Assembly: GCF_006345805.1 (NCBI RefSeq)
Contig: NC_043000.1
Span: forward strand, 28,024,001-28,088,000
DNA from: Octopus sinensis
Taxonomy: Eukaryota
Length of the DNA: 64,000 bases
Direction: 5' to 3'
The translations under genes were made by a program, and so were the position numbers. This document shows, piece after piece, positions 25,893 to 39,100 of this stretch. Under the pieces are notes generated by a model that saw only the letters and a list, made by a program, of their open reading frames with translations, made no database searches and was not told where the DNA came from. Every line of letters begins with the position of its first letter. Within the stretch, counting starts at the first letter, position 1.

Positions 25893-26866
25893 TCATATGT
25901 TGTGGTGTGTGCTATTGCTCCATTCTAGTTTTCTATTCAGGCTAGGTTTATTTTCTATTATATGTGTAGCTTCTGTAATTTGTCTAATTGTTGCATCTGT
26001 TCTATGTGTGGACAATATCTTATCTATCTATGTTATTGATTGATCCCCCGTGTGCCTGTTCGGCGTGTTGGTACAGAATCGATGAGCTTTTACCTTCCTT
26101 GAGTTGTCTCCAATGTTCATTCACCCGCTCTCCAATGCCTTGCTGTTTCCCCTACGTATGTTACTGTCTTGTTACCGCATCGTCCCTCTATACATCTTAT
26201 ACTATAGACTACATTTCTGGCTTTACAGTTTGTTTGTGGGCTAAATCTACATACAGTGCAATAGTTATCCGTACAGAGGGTTCTACTAAAAGGATAGGTT
26301 CTACCAATTATAGATCTGATAGGGTTGCCTGGCTTTTCAACAACCTTAATTCTTAGTTTAAGTTTATCTAGGGTCCTTCTAAAGCGGTACGCCAGTTCAC
26401 CTCCAGGGGTGGTGTCAACGAACATGACACTCTGGTATTTATGGCTATCATACCAAGAGTTGGCCTTCCCTATTTTCTTTTTTGTCCTTTCTATAGTGTT
26501 CCATGACTTGTTCCTATAGATTGGGCAAATCCCATTCCTATCATTACATAATATATTATCAAATTTCTTCATGGCTCCTTTGTATACTCTGATCCTTTCT
26601 TTATGGCTGTAACCTGAGAACTGCATGCGGTGAATGAAATACTGTATGTGTCTCTTTAATTCTGTAGGCTTGCACATGCGTGACACATTTCTCATTATTC
26701 TGACGAGGTCTGCCATCAAAATATTGAACTTGGCATTGCCCGCAATGGCTGAGTTCCGGTGGATCAGGTATTTTGAGGCCATAGGTTTTGCATAGTATGA
26801 ATGAAGGATTTGGGTTTTATTTTTCACAATTTCTAGCCAGAGTTCAGTATCTAGTACTGGTAGTCT
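25893..26866 (-). pseudogene. PLE ORF C-terminal part: RT motif 7 and thumb, CX4CXXC linker, GIY-YIG endonuclease
   Basis: RLPVLDTELW, HSYYAKPMAS, RMQFSGYS, CTDNYCTVC, NVVYSIRC..C..YVGETAR; after a frameshift IGERVNEH..YQHAEQAH; after a 4-bp GATA duplication RQITEATHIIENKPSLNRKLEW; stop at 25893-25895. Confidence 0.9.
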
Positions 26867-27013
26867 ATAAACCTAGCCTGAATAGAAAACTAGAATGGAG
26901 CAATAGCACACACCACAACATATAACGATAGAGGATCCTGAAAACATAATAAATACACAGATAAATAAACAGATAGAAATGAATAACTATATATATGTAT
27001 ATATATCGATGTA

Positions 27014-27088
<75 letters not shown>

Positions 27089-27406
27089 GTATTTTTTTTT
27101 TCGATTAGATTTATTGTTATTATTACTAATATTGTTGTTATACATACATACAAGCATATGTAATGATAATAATGGGTGGATGTAAACACATGAACAAAAT
27201 TAGAACAAAAGCAACAACAACAAAAACAAAATACGAATTACAAGAATGTATATAAACAGAAGATACAAATATTACAGGCATCCCCCCACACACACACTAA
27301 ATAAACATAGACGCACATAGAGATATAAGCATGCGCAAATAAGACATGCAATAAAAATGGCTGACGGTTAGTAAGGAGAGACACAAATAAGTGAGAAGAA
27401 AACAAA

Positions 27407-27451
27407 GGACCACTGATGCGGTCACAGGAGTGTGACGAAAGAACTTTGGCC
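27407..27451 (+). ncRNA. Identical putative hammerhead in the inverted pLTR arm
   Basis: Same 45-nt sequence on the plus strand. Confidence 0.6.
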
Positions 27452-27569
27452 GAAATAAGATTAAGATTAATGTAAAAAATAAATATCACTGAAGCAAAAT
27501 AACACCAAATATATAGTGCGTGTGTTTTTATTGGCTAAACTGGCAATATGACCATTCCGAAATATAACA

Positions 27570-27796
<227 letters not shown>

Positions 27797-28371
27797 TATC
27801 GAGTGCAAGATAATGCAATAAAGACGCACATACTCACGTATATATATAGAGAGAGATTTATTATTGCTTGTTTCCATTTTTTCGAGATCAGTGACATTTC
27901 GTCACTGGAAAAAGTATATATATATTTGCATTGAGAACCACTTGCCATTGCCATGTGTGAGTATATAAAGATAAGGCATTTTAAATAGAATGCCTGGAGT
28001 AAATGAAAGTGAGGAAGAGGAAAAGAGAGAGAATCATGTGGAGAATCATAGAGAGTAAAAAGCAGGAGGAACTAAAATAATAAGGGAGAGTAGAAGTATG
28101 AACGGTGGATTAATCTAAAGATACGAGGAGTCAATATTCAGAGACATGGGTCCATGTGTATCTCGTCAGGCTGAAGATGGGGAGAATGACTTCCCTTTTC
28201 AAATACTGACAGGGCACAGAGAGTGTGCTAATAGCCACAGGAAGACATGTCTTCCTGGGGCAAAAGCTGCAGTAGCATCCACCCTTAAGGGTTAGCCACA
28301 TTTATGTTGCAAATATACTTCACGATATCGTGCAGCTACTGTTTATACCTCGCTCAGAGATTTATTATGTA

Positions 28372-28579
28372 CGCCATGGTAGACCGTTAGCTCCTACACG
28401 CATTTTTTTCTCTCCTTGTTTCTCTCCTTGTTTCTCTTCTGTGTATCTTTCTGTCGAAGAGCGTAGGCTCGAAACGTAAAAAACTTGTTCTATTTCTATT
28501 CCTGAGCGCTATACTAATACAGTTGCTTGTTTGTACTCGACCTGCCTTCGTCTTTTGTTTATTTTCGTAAACCTTCCCG

Positions 28580-28580
<1 letters not shown>
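28372..28580 (+). mobile_element. Family G ~200-bp hammerhead-bearing element (PLE terminus-like), copy 1
   Basis: Starts at CGCCATG; HHR fold at 28447-28482 (CTTT CTGTCGAA GAGC-GTAG-GCTC GAAA CGTA AAA); ends at (TA)n. Confidence 0.7.
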
Positions 28581-28613
<33 letters not shown>

Positions 28614-28615
<2 letters not shown>

Positions 28616-28936
28616 GGTAAATACCTCCGATTATAAGTGACCGCGAGATTGCGCCCTCTGAGGTGTAAGTCCGGGTAAAGTTGTTTATGGAAGGTTAGAA
28701 GTCGCCCATGCATACCAGCTTTCCCTCCCCCATGCCAGCGATGTTAACCACAGGAAACACATGGGCTGATACAGCTTGGCACCAGTGACGTCGCAACTTA
28801 TTTCTGTAGATGAGTGAACTGGATGAACGTAAAATAAAGTGCCTTACTCAGGAACACAGCACACAGGCCATCCGGGAGCTTGGTTCCTTATTGTGGTTAG
28901 CGTCCGTCCTTCAAATCACTGAGCTATGCGCATTGG

Positions 28937-28937
<1 letters not shown>
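28614..28937 (-). mobile_element. Family F tRNA-SINE, near full length
   Basis: Minus-strand head gcgcatagctcagtg, CORE-like tgtgttcctgagtaaggcactt, then cactggtgccaagctgtatc and the F tail. Confidence 0.75.
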
Positions 28938-29005
<68 letters not shown>

Positions 29006-29008
<3 letters not shown>

Positions 29009-29384
29009 GTCTCAGCCATTTGACTGCGGCCATGCTGGAGCACCGCCTGTTATTTGAGCAAATCGACCCCATGAATTTGTAAGCCTAGTACTTATTCTAT
29101 CGGTTTCTTTTGCCGAACCGCTAAGTTACGGGCACGTAAACACACCAGCATCGATTGTCAAGCGATGTTGGAGGGACAAACACAGACATACAAACATACA
29201 CACACACATACATTCATACATATATATAAACATATATACGACGGGATCCTTTCTGTTTCCGTCTAGGCTTTGGTCGAAGAGGCTATAGTTGAGAACACTT
29301 GCCCAAGTTGCCACGTAGTGGGACTGAACACGGAACCATGTGGTTGGCAAGCAAGCTACTTACCACACAGCCACTCCTACGCCT
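29006..29384 (-). mobile_element. Family B (CORE-type) SINE, first of two tandem copies
   Basis: A/B-box head, CORE-like gcaacttgggcaagtg, tail cagcatggccgcagtcaaatg. Confidence 0.9.
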
Positions 29385-29402
29385 ATATATGTATGTGTGT
29401 AT

Positions 29403-29466
<64 letters not shown>

Positions 29467-29469
<3 letters not shown>

Positions 29470-29845
29470 GTCTCAGCCATTTGACTGCGGCCATGCTGGA
29501 GCACCGCCTGTTATTTGAGCAAATCGACCCCATGAATTTGTAAGCCTAGTACTTATTCTATCGGTTTCTTTTGCCGAACCGCTAAGTTACGGGCACGTAA
29601 ACACACCAGCATCGATTGTCAAGCGATGTTGGAGGGACAAACACAGACATACAAACATACACACACACATACATTCATACATATATATAAACATATATAC
29701 GACGGGATCCTTTCTGTTTCCGTCTAGGCTTTGGTCGAAGAGGCTATAGTTGAGAACACTTGCCCAAGTTGCCACGTAGTGGGACTGAACACGGAACCAT
29801 GTGGTTGGCAAGCAAGCTACTTACCACACAGCCACTCCTACGCCT
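29467..29845 (-). mobile_element. Family B SINE, second tandem copy (period 461 bp)
   Basis: Appears identical to 29006-29384 by eye. Confidence 0.9.
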
Positions 29846-29851
29846 ATATAT

Positions 29852-29899
<48 letters not shown>

Positions 29900-30080
29900 G
29901 TGTGTGTGTGCGTCTATATTGCACTAGTTTACACTCGTATATAAATGTACACGTATTTTATACCTGTATATACGTAATTATGAATAGTGCGCATATATTT
30001 GTATAAGGTTGTTTTGTACATATAACTCCATCGCCTTAGAATCCTACGTGTGCAGGAAGTAACTATTTCAAGTCGGATGT

Positions 30081-30124
<44 letters not shown>

Positions 30125-30479
30125 GTTTGTACGTACATACATATAGGCACGTTAATACGAATTTTACATGAATATATCAATGAATGAACATTCTCCATTA
30201 ATTTAGAACTTCAAGCTACAGATTTAGATAAATTGTTAGGAAATGCTCTACGGAAGTAAATATATGATATATACGAGTCTTATTGACTATTCATTTAAAA
30301 TATACCCGAGGAATTTTAAATTAAAACGTAAGAATTAATGATTTCTATCTACCGTTGTGATTTCCACGTTTAGTGCCGTATATGTTCAGATTGCATTTAA
30401 TGTATGTTTTCTTCTAATCAGAAATGTGATTGTGTAAACATGTCATGATATTATCATCATAAACGTTAAGCAACATAAA

Positions 30480-30715
30480 CTTTTCCATACTTGCATGGGT
30501 TAGACGGAATTTTTTGATGCAGATGACTGCTCTTCCTGTCGTCAACCCTCGGCTCTTTCCAAATGAGGTAATACTTCCCCATGGCCAGGAATGACTTATA
30601 GAACACTAGGAACGAACAAAGTCACTCTATAACAGTTACCCTCGGGACTGAACCCAAAAATGTATGATTTGGAAGCAAGATTTACTACCATATAGCAACA
30701 CTTGTTATACTATAT
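30480..30715 (-). mobile_element. Further degenerate tRNA-SINE (distinct body)
   Basis: gggactgaaccc..gaagcaagatttactacca head on the minus strand; cttcctgtcgtcaaccc body. Confidence 0.55.
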
Positions 30716-30834
30716 GTGTATTTGTAGAAACTACAATAGAGCTACAATATAACTTGTTTTCAGAGCATCAAGATATTTTTTGGTAAATACAACACTGATG
30801 AAGTTTTAAGTCTCGACCAAGAATATATATATTG

Positions 30835-31210
30835 ACTCTGTGGCTGTGTGGTAAGTAGCTTGCTTACCAACCACATGGTTCCGGGTTCAGTCCCACTGCG
30901 TGGCACCTTGGATAAGTGTCTTCTACTATAGCCTCGGGCCGACCAAAGCCTTGTGAGTGGATTTGGCAGACGGAAACTGAAAGAAGCCTGTCGTGTATAT
31001 GTATATATATATATATAGGTATGTGTGTGTATGTTTGTGTGTCTGTGTTTGCCCCCCCCCCAACATAAGTTAGCGGTTCGGCGAAAAAGAGCGATAGAAT
31101 AAGTACTAGGCTTACAAAGAACAAGTCCTGCGGACGATTTGCTCGACTAAAAGCGGTGCTCTAGCATGGCCGCAGTGAAATGACTGAAACAAGTAAAAGA
31201 GAATAAAAGA
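30835..31210 (+). mobile_element. Family B SINE, near full length
   Basis: tggctgtgtggtaag..ggttcagtccc, gcaccttggataagtg, tail gaaacaagtaaaagagaataaaag. Confidence 0.9.
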
Positions 31211-31211
31211 G

Positions 31212-31299
<88 letters not shown>

Positions 31300-31681
31300 T
31301 AGAGAGAGAGGAAGGAAGAAAAAATCATGCATAGAAGCATATAAGACAGGTAAGATTGTGAGGGAGCTATGAGGCTAACAAATGATACATAGTCAGACTG
31401 TAAAGCAGCGGGTAAATGCGTAGAAATGTGAAACGAAAGATCGATATTGAATAATGTGTACGAGGAAAAAATACATAATATTCCACCCACATCAGAACAT
31501 TGCACCCGAAATACCTAGGAGAATATCTGTTTTATTCTAAGCCATGCATATCTTGAACATTGAAGCCCCTAACATAAATGACTTTTCTTTGGAGCAACAT
31601 GAATGCAAATCTATTTTGTGTGAATAAAACCACAAATAACACAGTCCAGAAATCATGGCAGATCATGAAGGAGGACACCAA

Positions 31682-32225
31682 TGTGATTTTCCGTTTAATA
31701 TGGCGTAGACGTCTTCTCGCGCGTAGCCAGTAATTTGCTCCCTCCTATTAGATATCTTTTCTCACATGCTAATAAACCACTTAAGGTCTTCATCTCACAA
31801 AACCTTATGGTTAGTTATTTCTATATGGACAGCACAACTTCCTTGTTCAGAGCATACACCTATCGTTCTATTGATCATTTTGTAATTATCAACATCTAAT
31901 ATAATAATAACTCTAAAGAAAGTTTATAAGAAGCAATCGAACCACTACTCGTTGCAAGCACTTTCAACGTTCCTACCTACAACATTTCCATTCGTTCAGA
32001 TGAAAGAAATTTGAAAGACATATTTCTTCATTGCAATTCGCCAAAAGAGTCTAGAACCGACAACTGAAATATCATTCAAAAACATTTTTGCATTAACCTA
32101 TCTCGGAAATGTAGACTCTGTCTTACTGAAAGACTTTAAATTCTGGCGCAACCTGCTACAGTTCTTTAAAAGAGATGTGATCTATTGCCAACATCGTCGA
32201 AGGCTTCTAGAAAACACTTCCAAAC
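31682..32225 (+). pseudogene. Second, older Penelope-like ORF remnant of a different lineage
   Basis: FPFNMA..LLDIFFSHANK (WFNPPF..LLDKHFP-like), NLMVSYFYMD (KVSYSCM-like), KCRLCLTERL..IL, CQHRRRLLEN. Confidence 0.65.
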
Positions 32226-32679
32226 ACTCGAAGATCACAATTCATACCTGTTGACTCTCGCCTGCTCCATTCACCTACGTGAAGTACTTTTCCTTGATGC
32301 CAATAAACTCGGATTAGGTTATCTGCCGCTTCACCACTACAACACGAAAAGATTATAAACGCTGCTATTTATCTATTCATAAATTTGAAACACATGCTAT
32401 CGCATCATCAGCCGTGACTAAATAGAATGACCTTACAAGTACCCAAGGGAGATAACACAAAGGATCTCCAAATGATCCTGCATATAAACCTCCTGCGTAT
32501 AGTGTAAAACTCTGAGTAAGGAACGAGAGAATCATTATCAATTTTTCTAATAAATATAGATTGTACATCATCTCTTTACACTTTGTTTCGTTTATACACA
32601 TAATCGGATAGAGATATCTATGTGTGCGCGCGTTTGTTTGTGTATAAAATATTTTATCTTTTATGCCATTTCATAAATT

Positions 32680-33500
32680 TGTTCTACCCCTTAGTTTTTC
32701 CCCACTTTCACTTACCTTAGACTTTATATCCCTTTTCTTTCTTCTCTCGTGCTCCCTCCCGCTTTGCTCCCTCACTATTTGCAGTCTTTCATTATGATAG
32801 ATCATCTTTCCTAAAAATCTGTTTATTTTCCTTTCCTTTCCCATCATATCTTTCGATTATTCCACCGTTCATATTTCTACTCTCCCTTACTATCTCACTC
32901 CCACCTGCTTTTTACTCTCTTTCCCTCTCCATATGATTCTTTGTTTTTTTCCTCTTCCTCTTCATCACTCACACTTACTCCCGGCATTCTGTTTAAAATG
33001 CCTTGTCTTTATATACCCATACATGTCCCTCCCTCTCTCTCCTTTCTCTCACTCCCTTCTTCTCTATTCATCCATCTATATCATATTTTATAACGTCTTT
33101 CCTATATCCTATATATCTCTGTTTATCATTCCATCTCTCTTCTCCCCTACTTTATGCTTTTAACTTCTCTCTTAATTTCTCTTTCACACTCTTCTTCCTC
33201 TCTCTCCCGCCCTTTCCCCACACAACTTCACTCTCTCTATCTCTCTCACCTCTTGTATTTTCTATATATTCCTGCCTCTTTCTCCATTGACTTGTCTACC
33301 ATGTTTATTATATGCAGCTTATATATTTCGCAAATACCTCTCATCCTTTCACTTTCTCCCTTTCATTCCCATTCTTTCTATTTTATCGCACCCCCTTCTC
33401 TCTGTTTCCTCCTCTCTCCATCCCCCTTGCCTATCTTCCCTTCTCACAACCTCTATTTATGCATACTTCCACGAAGTTTTTATTACAGCTCATATTTTCC
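32680..33500. repeat. Pyrimidine-rich (CT) low-complexity region
   Basis: Direct reading. Confidence 0.8.
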
Positions 33501-34611
33501 CAATTCCATTAGACATTCAGCAATTGTCATTTCAATACAATAAATTTATTTTCTTCAAATCTTTTATCATCGATGACGTGACGACAACACCACAGCAGTA
33601 GCTACCGCTTAAATTCTGTTTATTTTGTTGCTTTCTCTGTTTTCGCCGTCTTGCCATATTTTGTCCTAACATCTGCTTCCATAGCATTTGTCCCGCCCCA
33701 CTTTCAATAATTATTGCTTTATTATGCATCCCAATAGTGTAACTATGGTGAATGCCCTCCCAAGTTACACTGGAGGTGTCTCTAACACATTTTAGCTTAA
33801 AGAAAGGATGAGATATTCAAATAAGACGAAAGTGTGAAAGAAACGAGAAAAAAAATAAGACTGATAATGAATGAATAATGGATAAAATCGTGAAATTATG
33901 GAATAACAATTAAGAAATAATAGAAATAGCTGAAAATGACAAAACAATAAAATATAAAAGATGAAGATTGCCAAAAGAAAACACTAAACGATGGACAAAT
34001 AAAGGAATGTTAAGATGAAAAGAAGGAATGCATAACCAGTATGGAATAAAAGCTCAGAAGACGAAGAAATAAATTTGAATATGGTTTACTGAAACTTATT
34101 GAAAATTATTCTAGTTATCTATGACGAATCTACGTTAAGAAGAGAGGAATATGTTGGGAACAGGAAAATTATTGAAAGATGCTGAAATGGTTTAAAGACG
34201 AGTCTATGCTTGTCGGTTTTTTGTTTTCTTTTCTTTTTGTTTTGGTTCTTTGGTTTTGTTTTTTTTTTTGTTCTGTTTTTTTTTTTCAAATATAGTAAAG
34301 CTTTAAAATTACTGTTTCAAATCCAACTCGGTTGCTTTATTGTCTTCTTCTTTCGTGCATTCCTACGGCTAACATCAAAATTCAATATAAGATAATAAAG
34401 TAATAATTTTAAATTGATAAATATTGAAGACGCAGAATATATCATGATGCATAGTGCTAAAATAAGAAGTGTGTGTCTGTGTACACGTGTATGTATGTAT
34501 ATATACACAAACATGTATATATGCGTGTGTGTGTGTGTTTGTGTGCACGCACATTATATATATATGTACATATATATATGTGTGTGTGTGTATATATGTA
34601 TGTATATGTAT

Positions 34612-34790
34612 TAGGCGTAAGGGTGGTTATCTGGTAAGAAGCTTGCTTCCATACCACATGGCTCCGGGTTCAGTTCCACTGCATGATACCGTGGGTAAGC
34701 TACTTCTACTCTACCTTCGGGCAGACCAAAACCTTGTGAGTTGATTTCATTGGCGGAAACTGAAAGAAGCCCGTCGTATATATATATATA
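34612..34790 (+). mobile_element. Family B SINE 5' half
   Basis: ggtaagaagcttgcttcc..gggttcagttccactg..ggaaactgaaagaagcccgtcg. Confidence 0.8.
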
Positions 34791-34842
34791 TTCTTTTGCT
34801 TGTTTCAGTCATTTAACTGCGGCCCTACTAGAGCCCCACCTT

Positions 34843-34902
<60 letters not shown>

Positions 34903-35096
34903 TATTTTTTCAATGTGTACAAATAACACGGAAAAATATATAGATAGTTACCAGAGTAGCAAAAATTCACATAAGGGCCACGGATATAACAGCCTACTTA
35001 TAAAGGTAGAATTTCTAAGGTTTAGTGAAATTTTTTGAATACCATAGATAAATTAAAAAATGGAGTTAAACGCAAGTGTTATTCAAATCTGTATAC

Positions 35097-35182
35097 TTCC
35101 GACATATGTTTCGAAGAAAACATAGGTATTATTCCTGAGGCTCTAAAATGGTGTAAAACAATGTAATCATCTCGTCAGAGAA
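35097..35182 (-). ncRNA. Putative type-I hammerhead (canonical CUGACGA core, long stem II, palindromic stem III ACAUAUGU)
   Basis: TTCT CTGACGA G...C GAAA CATATG TC GGAA. Confidence 0.55.
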
Positions 35183-35213
35183 AAAAAGAGAAACAAAACA
35201 CCCCAATAAGCCA

Positions 35214-35299
35214 TTCCCTGGCGAGATGATTACATTGTTTTACAACATTTCATTCCCTCACGAATAATACTAATATTTTCTTCGAAACATATGTCGGAA
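35214..35299 (+). ncRNA. Mirror-copy putative hammerhead (CUGGCGA core)
   Basis: TTCC CTGGCGA G...C GAAA CATATG TC GGAA. Confidence 0.45.
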
Positions 35300-35371
35300 G
35301 TATAAAGATTTGAGTAACACCTGCGTTTAACTCCATTTCTTAATTTATATATATATATATATATATAAATT

Positions 35372-35919
35372 ACGACGTTTTCTGAATGCAGCCCTCTCTT
35401 GTAATCTGGTTTTGTACAGCTCCCGGTGAACAGGTTCTGTGGAAACTGGATTCATGAGGTGGTCATTAAGCTCTGCAGTTATTTTGGGATCTGTACTTTA
35501 GTGATCCTTTCTAACTATTCGCGTAAGAGTCCGACGGTCCCTATCTGAAAGTTTTGGTTTTCTTCCGGAGTTTTGCTTCAACGAGGAGGTTTTCCCTTTT
35601 TCTCAAAGGCTGTCATTACTTTCGAGACAGTACTTCTTGATACAGCAAACATTTCGACTATTTTCGTTACGCTAGCGCCTGTCATACGAGCACCAACAAT
35701 TTGACCTCCTTGCAAATCCGATAAATCTGTCATTTTAATACATTTTAATTACCTTTTTCTGATGATATCTGCAAAGAAGCAGCAATGTTAGCAAAACATA
35801 TTAAGTAACACTAATAATAAATAAAAAACAAAAATAAACAAGCTTTTCGCGGTTTTATAGATATTTCAAAATTATAATGCTATGATGCTAAGTATTTCCA
35901 TTATTTTGTCCAGCCCCTG
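35372..35919 (-). mobile_element. Tc1-like transposon 5' part (TIR plus N-terminal HTH region of the transposase)
   Basis: End CAGGGGCTGGACAAAA next to TA (35920-35921); from ATG at 35733: MTDLSDLQGGQIVGARMTGAS...NSGRKPKLSDRDRRTLTRIV...RAA. Confidence 0.88.
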
Positions 35920-35947
35920 TATATAGATAGAAAAGAGCTAGAGACAC

Positions 35948-35982
<35 letters not shown>

Positions 35983-36058
35983 TAGATAGATAGATAGATG
36001 GATAGATAGATAGACAGACAGACAGACAGATAGATAGATAACAAGCTAGCTAGCAAGC

Positions 36059-36129
<71 letters not shown>

Positions 36130-36140
36130 AAACAGACAGA
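35920..36140. repeat. (GATA)n/(GACA)n microsatellite
   Basis: Direct reading. Confidence 0.95.
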
Positions 36141-39100
36141 CAAATAGCCAACAGGGGAATGTGGACAGTCAGCTAATCATCCAAGTGGAGATTACACATA
36201 TGTACATCATAGGACTACTGAAATATGAATACGATTGATTCCATCAACACGCAACTGAAAATATTGACAAGGAACAAATATTCTTTATTATTACCACTGA
36301 AAGAGAATATACACAGCTGGAGTTGCCCGTTTATAAGGCAGTCTTAATTGGAATTCAATACCTTGTTGCATTGAAATCTTCCCTACTATGTTGATGTATA
36401 TCAATTTTACTTTACTATTGAGATATTTTAATTTGAGTTTTCTCAGAGAAATTTCCAGATTTAATCTAATTTGTTTCCACATTATAGCAGTGAAAAGCCA
36501 ATTAAATTACTATTCCTGTTATTTTTATAATTTCAGTTGTGTAAATTTTATGTTTATAATATCTGTATTCTGAATTTCAAGAAAATAAAAATCTGATGGA
36601 ATGTAATGCAATTTTTTAATCTTTCCCTTTTTTTTTTTTTTTTTTGGTTACTTGTTCAAAAATATTGTAGTGAACAGGAAATTGTGATAGGTCCATAATT
36701 CTTTCGATATATTTTCAAAATTGAATTAAACTATTCAAATATCATTAGTATTTTTAACTGCAAAATTTTGTCTCGGAATAGAGATTGTCAGTTTGATTGG
36801 AAAAGATGTTATTTTTCATTAGGATAATGTCATTTTTTTTCTTCAAAATAAATATTTAACGCAGAATTATAGTTGCATGAAATAAGGGAAGACATTTGGG
36901 AAAAACAGATAAACCTAGAAGAATGTGGGATACCAGAATGAATTGTAGAAGTGTGATAGATAATATATAAATAAAGTAATTCAACGGAAAAGAAATTCTA
37001 AAATGGTCTGAAGCTAGGGAGCCAGAGTTTTTGACAGAAAGCTTGAACATATTATGTGAGAAATATATCTTAGTGTTAGAAAAAAATAAGGAAAGGGAAT
37101 ATTCAAAGAATCAGGTAAATGATGAGAAATAGAAAAATAAGCGAAAATTGAATAAGTATTGAAATGAAATGCTGTGGATAAAGAGACGGTAGAAAAATAC
37201 ATATGAAAAGAAATATTATGTAGAAATAATGAACGAAAATACAGCAAATAAAAACGTTAAAATATTTTACTACGGTTTTATTTTTTTTACCTTTCATAGC
37301 ATCATTTTGGGGTCAATAAACGAAGCTTAGGTTTCCCATCATTTCAAATGAATGACATGGATGCGAAGGGAATATTTCATCGCCATTATGAAAATACATT
37401 TCAGATGCGAGGAAATTTACTGCCTCCATTTAATATAATTAATGATCATTCAAAATGGGTTTACATCACTAGAATTTAACTCGAATCAAGATATCTGTTT
37501 ACACGGCTCCATAGATACTACGGGAAATATTATTTCTCAGATTGGATACTATCAGGTTACATATTATTCTATTTTTTATTTGTCTTCGTTTTTCCTTTCA
37601 CAATGTTAGCTATTGATATCAAACTCTTATTGAGAATATTTCTTTGTTATTAAAAAAAAAACTACTTGTTTACGAAAACGCAAAATTGAAATATATCTCC
37701 GTTTCAATAGATGTCATAGCAATTGTACAAATCAATCTCGATACCAACTTTATATTATCTTCATTTACGCATTCTTATTTTTTTTTCAACTTATTTTCTA
37801 GTAACTTAATATCTTTCTCAATTCTGAATGATTTACAAATTTGTAGATGTTCTGAAAAATATTTGTCATTTTGAATTATATTTTAATTATACTTTATTAA
37901 AGAAATCTAATGAAATGCTTGCAGTATTACCGAAATTGTTTGTAATACATAAAAAATGTCATTAAATTTGATATCCAGAAGGAGGTTGCCTTCACGCACT
38001 GGTGAACTGTTGCTATTGGGATCTTGGACGGAAAAGGAGTTAATGTATAAACCTTTGGCTATTTCTGGCCCTTGTAAACATCTAGAAATGTTGCCTGCCT
38101 CTAAACTCTAAACTACAGGATAAAAAATTCTTTTTACCAAAGAAAAGAATCCCTGTCCCTTTCTCTCTCTCTCTTTCTCTCTCTCTCCCTCTCTCTCTCT
38201 TTCTCTCTCTCCTCTCTATCTCTATCTCTCTCTCTCTCTCTCGCTCTTGAACCTAATGCACATTTGTGTGGGTGAGGGGTGAGGACATAAAAGGATCTCA
38301 ATGATTTCATGTTTTATTCTACACCTGTTCCAATGACTTGTGTTTCAAGATTCAATGTATTGTCTAATAAAAATGAAATGCGGCATAAGAACGTTGATAA
38401 GGTCTATGTAAATCTTAATGCATAATACGTATATTCAAATGAATTTGATGAGGAAACCGTCTCACTAGGTACGTTTAATCACATGCTATGATTATCTCAT
38501 TGGAATAATACTATATTGGATGTTTAAAAATCCTGAATCCAATTTTTACTCTCCAACAATACTGTTTCATATTCCATATTTTATCATGACAGCTTAAAAT
38601 CACATTTGACATCAGCTCAATAAGGGCCTTTAATTACATTTATTTTAATGAGTTAGCTATTAGTAGTCGGGCAACGTCCATCACTTGTTTCTTGCTGATG
38701 AGTAAAAGTAATGAGGGTCTAACTAAACCCAAAACCGGACCCCTGTGTTTCTAAGTATAAAGTAGGTTAAAAGCAGCCAGGGGCCAGGAACGTGGTGTTT
38801 AACTGGATTAGATTATTTTGTCAAGAATTTTCCCTAAAGTCTAAATATTCACTATAGGGACAAAACTACTTACTTCCAGGTAGAATGAAACTTCTAATTA
38901 TTAACAAAATTTGATTGAAAGTCATTTTCTAGTAATATTCACATTTCTTGCACAGTGCATAAAACATTCGTAAACCATTAGGCACACCATCCACTAAATA
39001 CACACTCTCACACACAAACAGTCATACACACATACATATGCACATATGTACACAGATACATAGATGTCTTTGTGCACTCAGTATAGGGTGCATCCAAGAA

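Larger units (their letters stand above)
35048..35347. repeat. ~300-bp imperfect palindrome (arms ~130 bp) made of two divergent hammerhead-bearing units
   Basis: Left arm ataaattaa.aaatggagttaaacgc...catctcgtcag mirrors the right arm; ends at (TA)n. Confidence 0.85.

Noticed and set aside
26160-26300. Selenoprotein-type (Naiad) recoding in the PLE ORF
   Set aside because: The Cys positions of the linker and endonuclease are TGT/TGC with no in-frame TGA, and I see no convincing SECIS in the pLTR
28135-28175. Minus-strand CTGACGA followed by a hairpin
   Set aside because: No GAAA after the stem and no stem I partner
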